Part shown: positions 1 through 10,481 of the stretch, piece after piece
Layout of the letters: every line of letters starts with the position of its first letter
Numbering within the stretch: the stretch's first letter is position 1
Source: an uncultured Methanosarcinales archaeon
GTDB taxonomy: Archaea; Halobacteriota; Methanosarcinia; Methanotrichales; Methanotrichaceae
Length of the DNA stretch: 64,000 bases
Assembly: GCA_963843555.1 (NCBI GenBank)
Contig: CAWJKV010000015.1
Span: 1 to 64,000 of the forward strand
Direction: 5' to 3'
Program-made: the position numbers and the translations under genes
Notes under the pieces: generated by a model
Told to the model about the DNA's origin: nothing
Seen by the model: only the letters and a program-made list of their open reading frames with translations
Database searches by the model: none

Positions 1-1217
1 TTGAGCCTGGCTACAGCTTCACCTTTTCCTCGCAGCCTCACCACAAGCTCCTCTCCATAGCTCACCTGCAAAAGCTCTGCCGTTTCATAAAGCCGGGATA
101 GCTGGCTCAATCCTTCCGAGGTGTTCGGCAGCCGGATCTGGTACTCCTGCAAGGGCTGCAGCCTCTGATAGATGCATTCTTTCAGCTCCTCATGGCCTAT
201 GCCGGATGTTGCTGAGACCTTTACGGGATTGGGAGCCAGGTCACGGATCAGCTCTTCCTTCAACGCCGCCTCGCTCTCGCCGATGCGGTCCACTTTATTG
301 AGAACGGTAATCATGGGTGCAGTAACCTGGCAGTCCCAGAGGGCTTTGTGAGATGCTACCATCTTTCTCCGCAGGAGCTCGGCGGGATCGCTCAAATCAG
401 CCACCAGAAGGACAAGATCAGCCTCAGCAATCTCGGAAAGGGTGGAGTGGAATGCCTTGATGAGAAAGTGCGGCAGGTCGTCGATGAAGCCCACTGTATC
501 AGTAAGCAAGATCCTTCGCCCTTTAACATCAAGGGCCCTGGTTGTAGGTGAAAGCGTGGTGAAGGGTTGATCCAGGGCCTCAACTCCCGAGCCGGTGAGG
601 GAGTTGAGCAAAGTGCTCTTGCCGGCGTTGGTGTATCCGGCCAGTGCCACAAGATCAAAGCCCTGTTCTCTTCGCTTCTGCCGTCTGTCCTCTCCAATCG
701 TCTCCACGTCTTTCAGTTCCGCCCTGATCTTGGCCATCCGTCCCCTGATGTCGTGGTACATCGACTGCTCATAAGCGCCGGCGCCACGAAAGCCCGGCTG
801 CTCACCGCGTTTCTTGAGGGCAAGTTCGCTGCGCACCTGAGGCGCATCATAGCTGAGCCTGGCCAGATCCACCTGCAGCTTGGCCTCGCGCGTGGATGCA
901 CGGGAGGCGAATATCTCCAAAATGAGATTGAATCGATCGATAACCTGCACCGGAAACTCGCTTCTGATGTTGAAGACCTGGTTAGGGCTCAGCGGGTTGT
1001 AAAATATCAGCTTTTCGGGATTGAAACTCAGGGCTTCATTGATCTTTCCCCTTCCCATCTGGAAGCGGTGGTCCCGTTCTCGACGCTGTTTGATCTCCGC
1101 CAAAACCCGGTATCCGGCAGCTTTTGCCAGGCCCCGCAATTCTTCCATCTTATAAAGGTCCGGGGGCTTGTTGGGGTTCTCTCGCATAAGCAGGACGGCG
1201 GTCTTTTCTTCATTCAT
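1..1217 (-). CDS. hflX: GTPase HflX (3' end runs off the window)
   Basis: Not in the ORF track because it has no stop in the window. Manual translation from ATG 1217 gives MNEEKTAVLLMRE...VIDRFNLILEIFASRASTREAKLQVDLARL...VALAGYTNAGKSTLLN..FTTLSPT..TDTVGFI. The start overlaps the upstream stop (ATGA). Confidence 0.95.
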   Translation of the reverse strand, partial: MNEEKTAVLLMRENPNKPPDLYKMEELRGLAKAAGYRVLAEIKQRRERDHRFQMGRGKINEALSFNPEKLIFYNPLSPNQVFNIRSEFPVQVIDRFNLILEIFASRASTREAKLQVDLARLSYDAPQVRSELALKKRGEQPGFRGAGAYEQSMYHDIRGRMAKIRAELKDVETIGEDRRQKRREQGFDLVALAGYTNAGKSTLLNSLTGSGVEALDQPFTTLSPTTRALDVKGRRILLTDTVGFIDDLPHFLIKAFHSTLSEIAEADLVLLVADLSDPAELLRRKMVASHKALWDCQVTAPMITVLNKVDRIGESEAALKEELIRDLAPNPVKVSATSGIGHEELKECIYQRLQPLQEYQIRLPNTSEGLSQLSRLYETAELLQVSYGEELVVRLRGKGEAVARL

Positions 1218-1591
1218 CGATTAGCATCTTCTTCCGGATCAATGATAAGCCTTCGTCCTGCCACCGATATATGATGGGCCATCTCTATCGCTGTCCTCTC
1301 AGCAATGGTCTCAGGATACTTGAAATCCCTTCCCAGGATGCTTCTGACCCTCCAGATCTCCTGGTTGTAGAAGTCCCCTGATTCTGCGACAATTGTCCCA
1401 GGAAGGCACATGCATGCCTCGCAGATGAAGTCGGCGACGACATTGAGGTCCAGAGCCCCGGCCTCGCGAGGCGTGAGCCTGACAGAATTGATCTTCTCGA
1501 TAAAATTTGGAGATACGCGGGCGGAGACGACGGCGCAGACCATTTTGTACCTGCCCTGCACAGCATGCCGGCCCGAGATGTCAATTGCCAC
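1214..1591 (-). CDS. DUF2209-family archaeal protein
   Basis: N-terminal AIDISGRH motif and ERTAIEMAHHIS; coupled to hflX. Confidence 0.7.
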   Translation of the reverse strand: MAIDISGRHAVQGRYKMVCAVVSARVSPNFIEKINSVRLTPREAGALDLNVVADFICEACMCLPGTIVAESGDFYNQEIWRVRSILGRDFKYPETIAERTAIEMAHHISVAGRRLIIDPEEDANR

Positions 1592-1639
1592 TATATCTAT
1601 TTATTCAACCCCTGAGCTCGATATTGCTGATTCGATTCT

Positions 1640-2272
1640 TTATCCAAGAATGGCGTGATGCTTTACTATCGCTGCCGCCTCATCCTGGGTTAAGCCCGCA
1701 CCTACCGCGATTTGTTGGGCTCGCTCACTGTCGATGAGATCCCTGGGAGCATGCGTGTCCGTATCCACTACCATTTTTGCCCTGGCCTGGCTTGCTATGC
1801 GCGCCACATGGCCATTGGTGATGTTATGGCCTAACCGGGATGTGATCTCCAGGCAGACATCGTTCTCCCTGGCAAGCTCTGCTTCCTCCAGGGTGATAAA
1901 GCCGGGATGAGCCAGGATATCCACTCTCGCCTCCAGGGCCGCCCGGTTGGTGCCCGGCCGGACGGGCTCTACGGGCGTCTCGCCATGTACAACCACGATC
2001 TCGGCGCCGAGCTTGCGGGCAAGAAGGGCCAGCGGCCCTATCTTTTGGGGGGGCACATGAGTGATCTCCACTCCCACAATGACCCTGATATCCAGTACGT
2101 CTTCCAAATATTTGACTCTGGAGACGCATGCCAGGACGTGTTCGATATTGGTATAGTCCACATGATCGGTTATGCCGATAGCCGTGTAGCCCAGGACCTC
2201 AGCCCGGCGAACCAGCTCGCTGGGTATGAGCTCGCCATCACTGAAGGTGGTGTGAGTGTGCAGATCGATCAT
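1640..2272 (-). CDS. PHP-domain (histidinol-phosphatase-like) protein
   Basis: DLHTHT, GITDH, LAHPG and DTDTH metal-binding motifs. Confidence 0.9.
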   Translation of the reverse strand: MIDLHTHTTFSDGELIPSELVRRAEVLGYTAIGITDHVDYTNIEHVLACVSRVKYLEDVLDIRVIVGVEITHVPPQKIGPLALLARKLGAEIVVVHGETPVEPVRPGTNRAALEARVDILAHPGFITLEEAELARENDVCLEITSRLGHNITNGHVARIASQARAKMVVDTDTHAPRDLIDSERAQQIAVGAGLTQDEAAAIVKHHAILG

Positions 2273-2311
2273 ATATCTCCGGCAGAGACACTTTTATGTA
2301 TTAAGCATTAT

Positions 2312-2731
2312 CTATGGAGAATATCTGCCGCGAAATATGCTGACCATTGATGGCGGAGAAAAACGATTAAAATGTTGGGCGGCAGGCCCGGGGTCAAATG
2401 ATCTTGATTCATTTAATATTTCTTGCCCTGAGGTGCCATGTTTCTTGTTTTTCGATTTCAAAGATCCCGCGATTCTCTTTAAGATGGCGGATTTGGGGCC
2501 GTTCTTTGCCACCAGTATTCGTCCCGCAGTCTCTGCCTGGTGCCAGGTCTTGGGATGCAACTTCCCGCGCTCGATCTCCGGCTTAAGACCGGTTTTAATT
2601 GAGGCTGTGATTATCATATCCAGATCGGGCTCGCTGACGGCATCCTTAAGTGAAACCATCCGGCCTTCAACCCTAGATCGTGATGCATCGAAGTAGATGG
2701 GCCATATCACAAGTTTGTCCTTCTCAGGCAT
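2312..2731 (-). CDS. srp19: Signal recognition particle protein SRP19
   Basis: VIWPIYFDASRSRVEGRMV...HPKTW...GRILV. The ~35-aa C-terminal tail may be an indel artefact. Confidence 0.9.
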   Translation of the reverse strand: MPEKDKLVIWPIYFDASRSRVEGRMVSLKDAVSEPDLDMIITASIKTGLKPEIERGKLHPKTWHQAETAGRILVAKNGPKSAILKRIAGSLKSKNKKHGTSGQEILNESRSFDPGPAAQHFNRFSPPSMVSIFRGRYSP

Positions 2732-2858
2732 AGTCTGCTGTTTGGTTCTACATCCTTAAAGTATCTTTGTCTTAAGGAGACGTCTTTGCCTGACACGCAA
2801 GTCTTTTAGCCTTGCTGGGCTCATATCAAAGAGCGAGGATAACCGTGGAGTTCCAATC

Positions 2859-3767
2859 ATGAGCCAAGAGACTTTTCCCGTTGCCAATGTCGGTGGAACG
2901 GAGATACCATACGACCCGGAACAGCTCAGAAGGATCCAGGAGCACCCGTGTTTCAGTGAGAAGGCGTGCCACTCCTTTGGCAGGATGCATCTGTCTGTGG
3001 CCCCCAAGTGCAATATCCAGTGCAAATACTGTGTGCGGGACTTCGATTGCGTGAATGAATCACGGCCTGGAGTAACCAGCGAGGTTCTGAAACCCGAGGA
3101 AGCTCTGGAGAGAGTGGACCAGGTTCTGGAGAAATACCACTATATCAAAGTGGTCGCGGTAGCGGGTCCAGGCGAGCCGCTGGCCAATGAGGAGACCTTT
3201 GAGACCCTGCGCCTGGTCGGTCAGAAGTATCCGGGCATCATACTCTGCATCAGCACCAATGGTCTGCTGCTGCCCGACAAGATACAGGAGCTTGATCGCC
3301 TGGGCGTCTGCAACATCACCGTCACCATGAATGCCATAGATCCAGAGATCGGCCAGCAGATCTATGACTATGTGACCTACCAGGGCAAGCGGTATGAGGG
3401 TCTGGAGGCGGCAACTCTCCTGCGCGACCAGCAGCTCAAAGGCATTGAAGAGGCCCTGAAGCTCAAGAAGATCGTGAAGGTCAATACCGTCCTCATTCCA
3501 GGGGTCAATGACGAGCACGTCTTCGACATCGCCCGCAAGATAAAATCCATGGGGGTCTTCATCCATAATGTCATGCCCCTCATTCCTCAGTACAAGTTTG
3601 CCCACATTAAACCTCCCTCGCCTGAGGAGAAACGAAAGATCCAGGAGGAGCTGGGCAAGATCATCAAGCAGATGAAACACTGCCGGCAGTGCCGCTCCGA
3701 TGCCATAGGGCGGCTGGGATGCGATGTGCAGAAGGAATTCCAGAGCAGGACAAAAGAGCAGGCTTAG
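2859..3767 (+). CDS. nifB: Radical SAM nitrogenase cofactor biosynthesis protein NifB (single-domain archaeal type)
   Basis: All NifB fingerprint motifs present: HPC, CxxxCxxC, ExRP, AGPG, TxTxN, CxxCRxDA. Confidence 0.9.
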   Translation: MSQETFPVANVGGTEIPYDPEQLRRIQEHPCFSEKACHSFGRMHLSVAPKCNIQCKYCVRDFDCVNESRPGVTSEVLKPEEALERVDQVLEKYHYIKVVAVAGPGEPLANEETFETLRLVGQKYPGIILCISTNGLLLPDKIQELDRLGVCNITVTMNAIDPEIGQQIYDYVTYQGKRYEGLEAATLLRDQQLKGIEEALKLKKIVKVNTVLIPGVNDEHVFDIARKIKSMGVFIHNVMPLIPQYKFAHIKPPSPEEKRKIQEELGKIIKQMKHCRQCRSDAIGRLGCDVQKEFQSRTKEQA

Positions 3768-3899
3768 AGGAAGAGACGTAAATTCGGGTTTAAATTTTTT
3801 AGGTGATTATGAATTGCTATAAAAACGCTATGTCCGGGCGCATTTAAGATTGCGCTCGAACCAACATTTCGCCTTTTTCCTCTCAGAGCTGGATATCTA

Positions 3900-4133
3900 T
3901 TAATGTTTGAACATTTTTGTTATGCTGCTGGTGGCACTGGAAATGCTGCTGGATATGCCTGAGATTAAGCTCTTCTGCTCTCCAGACATTGCCGCGGACA
4001 CAGATTTCGTCTCACCGGACTTGCCTGCATTGGACTTCTTGTCCTTCTTCTTGGAGAGTGAATTGCCATTTTTCATCTGATAATTGCTATTGCGATCTTG
4101 GGGACCCTTGCTCTTCTTTTTTTCGTTTGCCAT
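3900..4133 (-). CDS. Small Lys/Ser-rich hypothetical protein
   Basis: SD-like AGGTGG before ATG 4133; low-complexity basic ORF filling the intergenic gap. Confidence 0.65.
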   Translation of the reverse strand: MANEKKKSKGPQDRNSNYQMKNGNSLSKKKDKKSNAGKSGETKSVSAAMSGEQKSLISGISSSISSATSSITKMFKH

Positions 4134-4219
4134 ATTTTCCACCTGCTATTGTTTATGTCAAAATTGATATAGATTGCGGCCGGTTCCCGCACAAACCAAA
4201 GTTTTCGGCTTTTTTGCCT

Positions 4220-5202
4220 TCACGCCAGCTTCATCCTCATCCCTATACCCCTCGCCAGGGCTTTTTCATAAACGACATTTCCAGCAGCCACATCCTGGAT
4301 GGCCAGGCCTGTGGAGTCGAAGATGGTGATCTCCGTGTCGCTGGTGCGTCCCGGTTTCTTACCTGCCAGGATCTCGCCGATCTGGGCGTAGATATCCTGT
4401 GGCGCGAGCTTGCCTTCCGAAATAGGAACATTTACTTCGCCGGAGTGTACAGCCTGGGTGAGATCGTCCACAACAACTCTGGCCCTTTTCGTCAGGGTTG
4501 ATTCCAGCTCCTGTTTACCTCGGGCATCGGCCCCGATGGCGTTGATGTGGGTTCCCGGCATGATCCATTTATCTTTGACCACAGGACGGCGCGAGGGAGT
4601 GGTAGTGACCAGAATATCACATCGGCAGGCCTCCTCCGGGCTGGCGGTGATCAGATAGTCGCAATTCAGGAAAGACCGGGCATCATCTTCAAGAGATTGG
4701 GCTCGTTCCGGAGAGCTGTCGGAGACGATCACCTGCTCGATCTGAAAGTGCCTGGTCAGGCCCAGGAGCTGTGTTCGCGCCTGCACTCCTGCGCCGATCA
4801 TTCCCACCACGCGGGAATTAGGCCGGGCGAGATTTCTGGCGGCCACGGCGTCCGGCGGCGCCCGTGCGCATGCTGGTGAGATACGTCGCACCCATGATGG
4901 CAAGTGGTGCGCCGGTCCTGGAAGAGTTCAATACCAGGAGGGCCATGACAGTGGGAAGCCCAATATCCTGATTCCTGGTATGAACATTGACGATCTTCAC
5001 CCCTGCCAGGTCTTGCCCTTCCAGATAGGCGGGCATGGTTCTCAGGTCGCCATCATATCTGGAGAAGTAGAGATAGGACTTGGGCGGCATCTGAGTCTGG
5101 CCCATTCCGTGATCAATAGAATGCCTTCTCGACTGCAGTAATTGCCTCATCCATGGTCAAGAGCGACTTCACTTCCTCCTCGGTGAGCCAGAGTATCTCC
5201 AT
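4220..5202 (-). pseudogene. ala: Alanine dehydrogenase (ornithine cyclodeaminase/mu-crystallin family), two frameshifts (probably assembly errors)
   Basis: Three consecutive frames join: MEILWLTEEEV.. / [34 protein letters not shown] / GAGVQA..HINAIGADARGKQE..IFDSTGLAIQD. Shifts near 5115 and 4852. Confidence 0.9.
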
Positions 5203-5608
5203 CAAAACACCCGGGTTCATGGAGGCAGTGGAGGGGAAATAGGCTTTGGCTGAGGGCTCGGAATTGAAGAGGCGATAGAAGAGATAGTGGGGGCGAGAGC
5301 CTTCGAGATGTAAGGGATGGCAACTCATCGGAGGCTCCAATAGATTACTTGTAATTTAAACTATTTAAGTTTAATTAAATGTGCAGCGGGCACATTATTC
5401 CTCAGGAATAGTCGTCGTAGTAATACCGGTATTATCGATATTGTTGATAGTAATCAATTCTAAGAATTCTAACGGGATTGCCAAGAGCTACTTAAAATAC
5501 CTTCCAGATTAGTCCCACAGCAAAAAAAGAAATGAGGCGAGGGAACTTTATCGCCGACGGCCTGCGCCTGACGAGCCCCGGCCTTTCCAAAAAAGATAGA
5601 TCTGAGCC

Positions 5609-5881
5609 TTAAAGCTCATCCAGCTTCTCAACACCCATTTTCTTTACTCTCGGCTTCCAGATCTTGTCTGGCATCCAGGTTGGCGCGCCTTTGGGCTTCT
5701 TTACCTGAACCCTTTCGCCTACGAATATGTGCACCTTCTTTGTACCGCGCTCTCTGAGCCGTATATCTGTGTGGCCCCTATTTGCTGCCTTCAAGGCTGC
5801 CTGTCTCGGCTGCTTTCCTGTAAAGACACCAATCTCATTGCCCTTCTTATCCCTGAGGGCAAAATTTCTCGTCTCTGCCAT
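5609..5881 (-). CDS. Non-histone chromosomal protein MC1
   Basis: RNFALRD..GVFTGKQPRQAALKAANRG..IRLRERGTKKVHIF; SD GGAGG upstream of ATG 5881. Confidence 0.97.
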   Translation of the reverse strand: MAETRNFALRDKKGNEIGVFTGKQPRQAALKAANRGHTDIRLRERGTKKVHIFVGERVQVKKPKGAPTWMPDKIWKPRVKKMGVEKLDEL

Positions 5882-6230
5882 TAAATCCCTCCTTTCTTCC
5901 TGACTGCACAACTCTATTTGATACATTGTTATTCCGAATACCATTATATTAATTTTATCCAGACGGCAAGAAAAACAATGGACCTTTTATCTCCAGAAGG
6001 GTCGAAGGAGCCCAAAATAGGGCTTTCACCCACCTCGAGACTGGATGGGTGCGCGGAATCTGATTCCGACTTGAAATCCGAATCTATGGGCAGGAATGAA
6101 ATTCGATTATATCAAGGAATTGATTATATTATTGTCATAAAGATGCTGGGCATGGACTCCCTCTGGAGCCATTCCCGCATTTTGATGTGGCAAAATGGTG
6201 ATCCCACGGTGGCTGTGAAAAAAGCTCGTT

Positions 6231-6602
6231 TTACTCCTCTTCCAGTCGGCAGAACTGGCAGCTATGATGCCATATCGGCTCGGCCTGTATCTGGACAGGA
6301 TTCTCGCTGCTGTAGTGGCCTGCACTCATCTCCTGGATGAACTTATGCGCCTCTTCGGGGGACATGCCCCTGGGCTTGATCCTGCCCACCTCGCGGCCAT
6401 GAACCCCATGATGGCCCTCCGTTTTATCTATGGTCATGACAGCGTACTCGGGATTGTCCTCGCTCTCGCCATCGCCCAGGTAGAGCAGATTCCCATAGTA
6501 GAAGCCATAGCATAGAGGCCAGTTATGGTTGATCATAGCCTCCACCAGATCGTCTTCAGTTTCGAGCTCCTTGAAGGAGAATACGCGGTCGGGATGAATC
6601 AT
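6231..6602 (-). CDS. Hypothetical protein
   Basis: 123-aa ORF with SD AGGTG and a C-terminal HHSCQFC motif. Confidence 0.75.
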   Translation of the reverse strand: MIHPDRVFSFKELETEDDLVEAMINHNWPLCYGFYYGNLLYLGDGESEDNPEYAVMTIDKTEGHHGVHGREVGRIKPRGMSPEEAHKFIQEMSAGHYSSENPVQIQAEPIWHHSCQFCRLEEE

Positions 6603-6836
6603 TATTTTTCACCTTTCTCGAGGGTATTATTGTTATCGTTCTATCGTTAAAATAGTTTCGTCAAGAAGTCAGCGGGATCAATTTCGCGAGCAAACATGGC
6701 AGGAAAATTGGAATCCGCAAAACCTTATATACGATAATAGCCGTAATTCAAGTCTTTCACAATTGTGAATGGAGATTCCTGAGGCTCAGCTGCCTGCATT
6801 CATCAGCACGCCGGTACATTTCATTAGCAAAACTGA

Positions 6837-7121
6837 TTGCAGGCAGCTTCCGGAGTTGAAGAATCGTTGATCGTCGCCAACGACCCTGCAATCATCCTGG
6901 CAGATGAGCCCACAGGCAATTTGGATTCCGCCACGTCGGAGATGATCTTCGGGCTCTTCCGGGAGCTGAATCGCCAGGGCCTGACGCTGGTTGTGGTGAC
7001 GCACAACCTGGACCTTGCGAACAAGGCGGGGAAGATGTACACTCTCAGGGATGGACGGATCGTGAGCTGCGAAAGCAGGGCCTGCCTGGAAGGGATGGAT
7101 GTGAGCCGGATGGTTGGGTGA
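6837..7121 (+). pseudogene. C-terminal fragment of a LolD/MacB-type ABC ATPase
   Basis: ANDPAIILADEPTGNLD...LVVVTHN present; Walker A and signature motif absent. Confidence 0.8.
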
Positions 7122-7388
7122 GAGGAAGTGCATAATCGTACCCATGTCCTGCATTGGAACTGCCCGGCGCCGGTGGCCAGCGCACCCGTAGCCAAGGGCA
7201 GTAGTCGTTTCGCCCGACCTTTGATAGATATTATTGCCTTTAGCTATGCAAATCCTTGTGTCCGGAAATATTTAAGTAGTAATAAAGCCAAATATATGTA
7301 AATGCTGAAAAGATCTTGATACAAATGTTACCCACTATTGCAGATCGATTCGGCCTGAAAGATATTTCATAAATCTGGTGGTGAATTA

Positions 7389-8300
7389 ATGAGTGTACCG
7401 TTGAAGGATCTGGGAATTAGTTCGAAAGACAACACAGAAGTAAAAGGAATGGGCTGGCGTCCTGAGCTTCCCGACTTTAGAGACTATACCATGCTAAGCA
7501 GTGGGATTGCCAAGATTCTTGTCTCGCTGGGACTGTCAAAGACGACGGCTACCAGTCTGTCAGCATCGGCTGATCTGAGGAAATGGTGCTCTCCCATCGA
7601 GGACCAGGGCCAACTGGGATCGTGTACCGCGCATGCCGGTGTGGGCGTGTTCGAGTATTTCGAAAATAGGTCGTTCGGAACATACGTCGATTCATCCAGG
7701 CTGTTCCTGTACAAAGTGACAAGGAATTTAATGCAGGAGACAGGCGACACAGGTGCCTATCTCCGAACGACAATGGGTGCTATGGTGCTGTTTGGCGTTC
7801 CGCCGGAGAAGTACTGGCCATATGTCATCGCTAAATTCGATATCGAGCCTTCTCCCTTCCTCTATGCTTTTGGAGATAATTATAAAGCTCTCCAATACGT
7901 AAGTTTAGATCCGCCGGGAACTTCTCCAAGTGCACTATTGACGAGCATCAAGACGAGTATATCAGCAGGTGTTCCGGCGATCTTCGGATTCACAGTCTAT
8001 GATTCAATTAAACAGGCAGCAACCACTGGTAAAATACCTTTTCCCTGTAAAGGCGAAACTGTGCTGGGTGGCCATGCCATAGATGCTGTGGGTTATGACG
8101 ATAATATGAAGATCAAGAATACTAAATGTGGCCTGGAGACCACAGGCGCTCTACTCATAAGGAACTCCTGGGGCAAATCCTGGGGAGACGCAGGCTACGG
8201 ATGGCTTCCATACGAATATGTGCTAAAGGGTCTGGCAGATGATTGGTGGACCCTCATAAAGGCATCATGGTTTGAGACGGATCAGTTCGGAATCAAGTAA
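7389..8300 (+). CDS. Papain-like (C1) cysteine peptidase
   Basis: DQGQLGSCTA (catalytic Cys), GGHAI (His), IRNSWG (Asn). Confidence 0.95.
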   Translation: MSVPLKDLGISSKDNTEVKGMGWRPELPDFRDYTMLSSGIAKILVSLGLSKTTATSLSASADLRKWCSPIEDQGQLGSCTAHAGVGVFEYFENRSFGTYVDSSRLFLYKVTRNLMQETGDTGAYLRTTMGAMVLFGVPPEKYWPYVIAKFDIEPSPFLYAFGDNYKALQYVSLDPPGTSPSALLTSIKTSISAGVPAIFGFTVYDSIKQAATTGKIPFPCKGETVLGGHAIDAVGYDDNMKIKNTKCGLETTGALLIRNSWGKSWGDAGYGWLPYEYVLKGLADDWWTLIKASWFETDQFGIK

Positions 8301-8512
8301 TTGGACAATATACATTTTTTTGCGTCTCTAATTTTTCTGGTTGTCATAACGAATGCAAGCTTCGAATCATCGATCTTATTTGCCTCAATCCCATATTTTA
8401 TATAGCAAATCCTCATCAAATGCTCTGTTCCGATTATGATAATGCTGTCACCCTTGAATGGCAAACATTACGAATTGCACCATTGAGCTTACAGGGAGCT
8501 TGAGGAGCCGAG

Positions 8513-8707
8513 ATGAAAATCACTTTACCAGATGGCAGCAGAAAAGAGATGTCAGCGCATAATGTTCGGATTGAGGATGTCCTGAAAGAGCTGGGGATAA
8601 ATCCGGTCGAGGTCATAGTGGCCAAGAACGGCAAAATAGTCACGGAAGAGGAGAATGCCGGCTTTGCAGATGAGCTGAAGATCGTGCGGGTCGTGCACGG
8701 CGGCTAG
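8513..8707 (+). CDS. ThiS/MoaD-family ubiquitin-like sulfur carrier (SAMP2-like)
   Basis: 64 aa, beta-grasp pattern, C-terminal VVHGG. Confidence 0.9.
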   Translation: MKITLPDGSRKEMSAHNVRIEDVLKELGINPVEVIVAKNGKIVTEEENAGFADELKIVRVVHGG

Positions 8708-8768
8708 GATATGACGATAACAAAAAGGCTCTGGCAGATCGGCCTCTGATCTTCCGGTCACTGAGAAC

Positions 8769-9506
8769 ATGTTGAGTGATGTCGAGATAAAGAGGTACTC
8801 CCGCCAGATTCGCCTCTTTGGAGAGGCTGGCCAGGAAAAGCTGAAGAGGACTCGTGTCTTCATAGCCGGAGCTGGTGGTCTGGGCTCCATCATCTCCATG
8901 TACATGGCGGCAGCCGGCTTTGGCAGGATTCGAATCGTGGACTGCGACTCGGTCGAGCTGAGCAACCTGAACCGGCAGATTCTGCATGAGAGCAGTGACG
9001 TGGGCCGGGACAAAGCGTTGTCGGCATACGAAACCTTGACTGGCATAAACCCGGAGGTTGAGGTTGAGGCGATTGTGGAGACAATATCTGAAGACAATAT
9101 AGACCATCTCCTGCAGGATTCTGATCTGATAATGGACGCCATGGACAACTTCTCCACCAGATATCTCTTGAACGGGGCCTGCCTGCATAGAAATATCCCT
9201 CTCTTCCACGGCGCCATCAGCGGCTATCAGGGTCAGGCGACGACCATAATACCAGGACAAACAGCATGCCTGCGTTGTATCTTCCCCCGCGCTCCTCCGG
9301 CCGCAATTTTTCCTGCACTGGGCTCCACCTGCGGAGTGATCGGCTCCATTCAGGTGACTGAAGCCGTGAAATATGTGCAAGGCTCTGGCGAGCTTCTGGC
9401 GAACCGCCTCTTGCTCTGGGACGGACGTAACGCATGTTTGGACGAAGTGGCTTGCGAGCGGAATTTGGGCTGTATGGATTGCAGAGCGACTTGGCGAAAT
9501 GAGTGA
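8769..9506 (+). CDS. ThiF/MoeB/E1-like adenylyltransferase (UbaA-like)
   Basis: RYSRQI, GAGGLG, SNLNRQ, CLRC and CMDC motifs. Confidence 0.95.
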   Translation: MLSDVEIKRYSRQIRLFGEAGQEKLKRTRVFIAGAGGLGSIISMYMAAAGFGRIRIVDCDSVELSNLNRQILHESSDVGRDKALSAYETLTGINPEVEVEAIVETISEDNIDHLLQDSDLIMDAMDNFSTRYLLNGACLHRNIPLFHGAISGYQGQATTIIPGQTACLRCIFPRAPPAAIFPALGSTCGVIGSIQVTEAVKYVQGSGELLANRLLLWDGRNACLDEVACERNLGCMDCRATWRNE

Positions 9507-9632
9507 TCGATAGTGAGTCTTAATAGTAATGTTAAACATCGAACTACATCGGCAATCATTATCAAAGAACCTTAGATGGAAAAACAAATCGAGGCACTGT
9601 GAATCCTGAAATCATAATCAAGAGATGAGCGT

Positions 9633-10082
9633 ATGACCGAAAGCAAAAAAGCGCTGTTGGTGATGGGCTGCCCGGAAGTGCCGGTGCAGATGAGCATGGT
9701 GATCTATCTGGCTCACAAACTCAGCCTTGCAGGCTGGGATGTGACTGTGGCGGGAACGGATGCAGCAGTCAAGCTGCTCAAAGCCGCCGATCCGGAGAGC
9801 TATTATGTGCAAAAGACGGTTGATGTGGACCAGCTCATAGGAGAGATCGTGGAAAAGAAGATCGACTTCGACATCTGTTTCGCCTTCATGCATAGCGATG
9901 CCGGCATGACCTATGGAGCCACATTCAGCGCCATTTCCCAGGCCAAGCCTTATGCCGTGGTCTTTGGCAAGAATGCCGAGGCCCTTGGGGAGAGCATCGA
10001 TTATCCGGCAACGAAGATCGTGGCCAAGGCAACCCATAACCCCAACCCTCTGAAGAACAAGATCGACAAGGTGGTCCTGTGA
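9633..10082 (+). CDS. DUF1890-family protein
   Basis: LLVMGCPEVPVQ...FMHSDAG...HNPNPL. Confidence 0.85.
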   Translation: MTESKKALLVMGCPEVPVQMSMVIYLAHKLSLAGWDVTVAGTDAAVKLLKAADPESYYVQKTVDVDQLIGEIVEKKIDFDICFAFMHSDAGMTYGATFSAISQAKPYAVVFGKNAEALGESIDYPATKIVAKATHNPNPLKNKIDKVVL

Positions 10083-10450
10083 GCTGTGTCGAGCAGATGA
10101 AGTACAAGCTGTACCTGGAGCGTACCTCCTTCAAGGACGCCCGTGATTATATCGAAAAGAACTCCGAAGAGGTCTATTACGTCGATCCGGGCTACAAGAT
10201 ATTCAAGGACTACTATATCATCGGCGTGCCGCCGGTGGCAATGGGAGTCAGAGGATCAGAGATGCTCTTTACCTATGTCAAGCCCTGTCACGGCACCTTC
10301 GTCATGGGCATCGATTCCGAGGAGGAGATCTCCAGGCTCCGGGAGAATGAGGCGGAAAAGATCAAGAAATCCTTGAAGAAGGGCGGCCAAAAGATGAAGG
10401 CCGAATCAGGGACAAAGCCCATCAGCTTCAGCGATATATATAAGAAATAG
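10079..10450 (+). CDS. DUF1894-family protein
   Basis: MSCVE..SFKDARDYI..YVDPGYKIF..IIGVPP..YVKPCHGTF; overlaps the DUF1890 stop. Confidence 0.85.
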   Translation: MSCVEQMKYKLYLERTSFKDARDYIEKNSEEVYYVDPGYKIFKDYYIIGVPPVAMGVRGSEMLFTYVKPCHGTFVMGIDSEEEISRLRENEAEKIKKSLKKGGQKMKAESGTKPISFSDIYKK

Positions 10451-10481
10451 ATATTTGCGATTGCTTGTAAGTGATCAGGCT

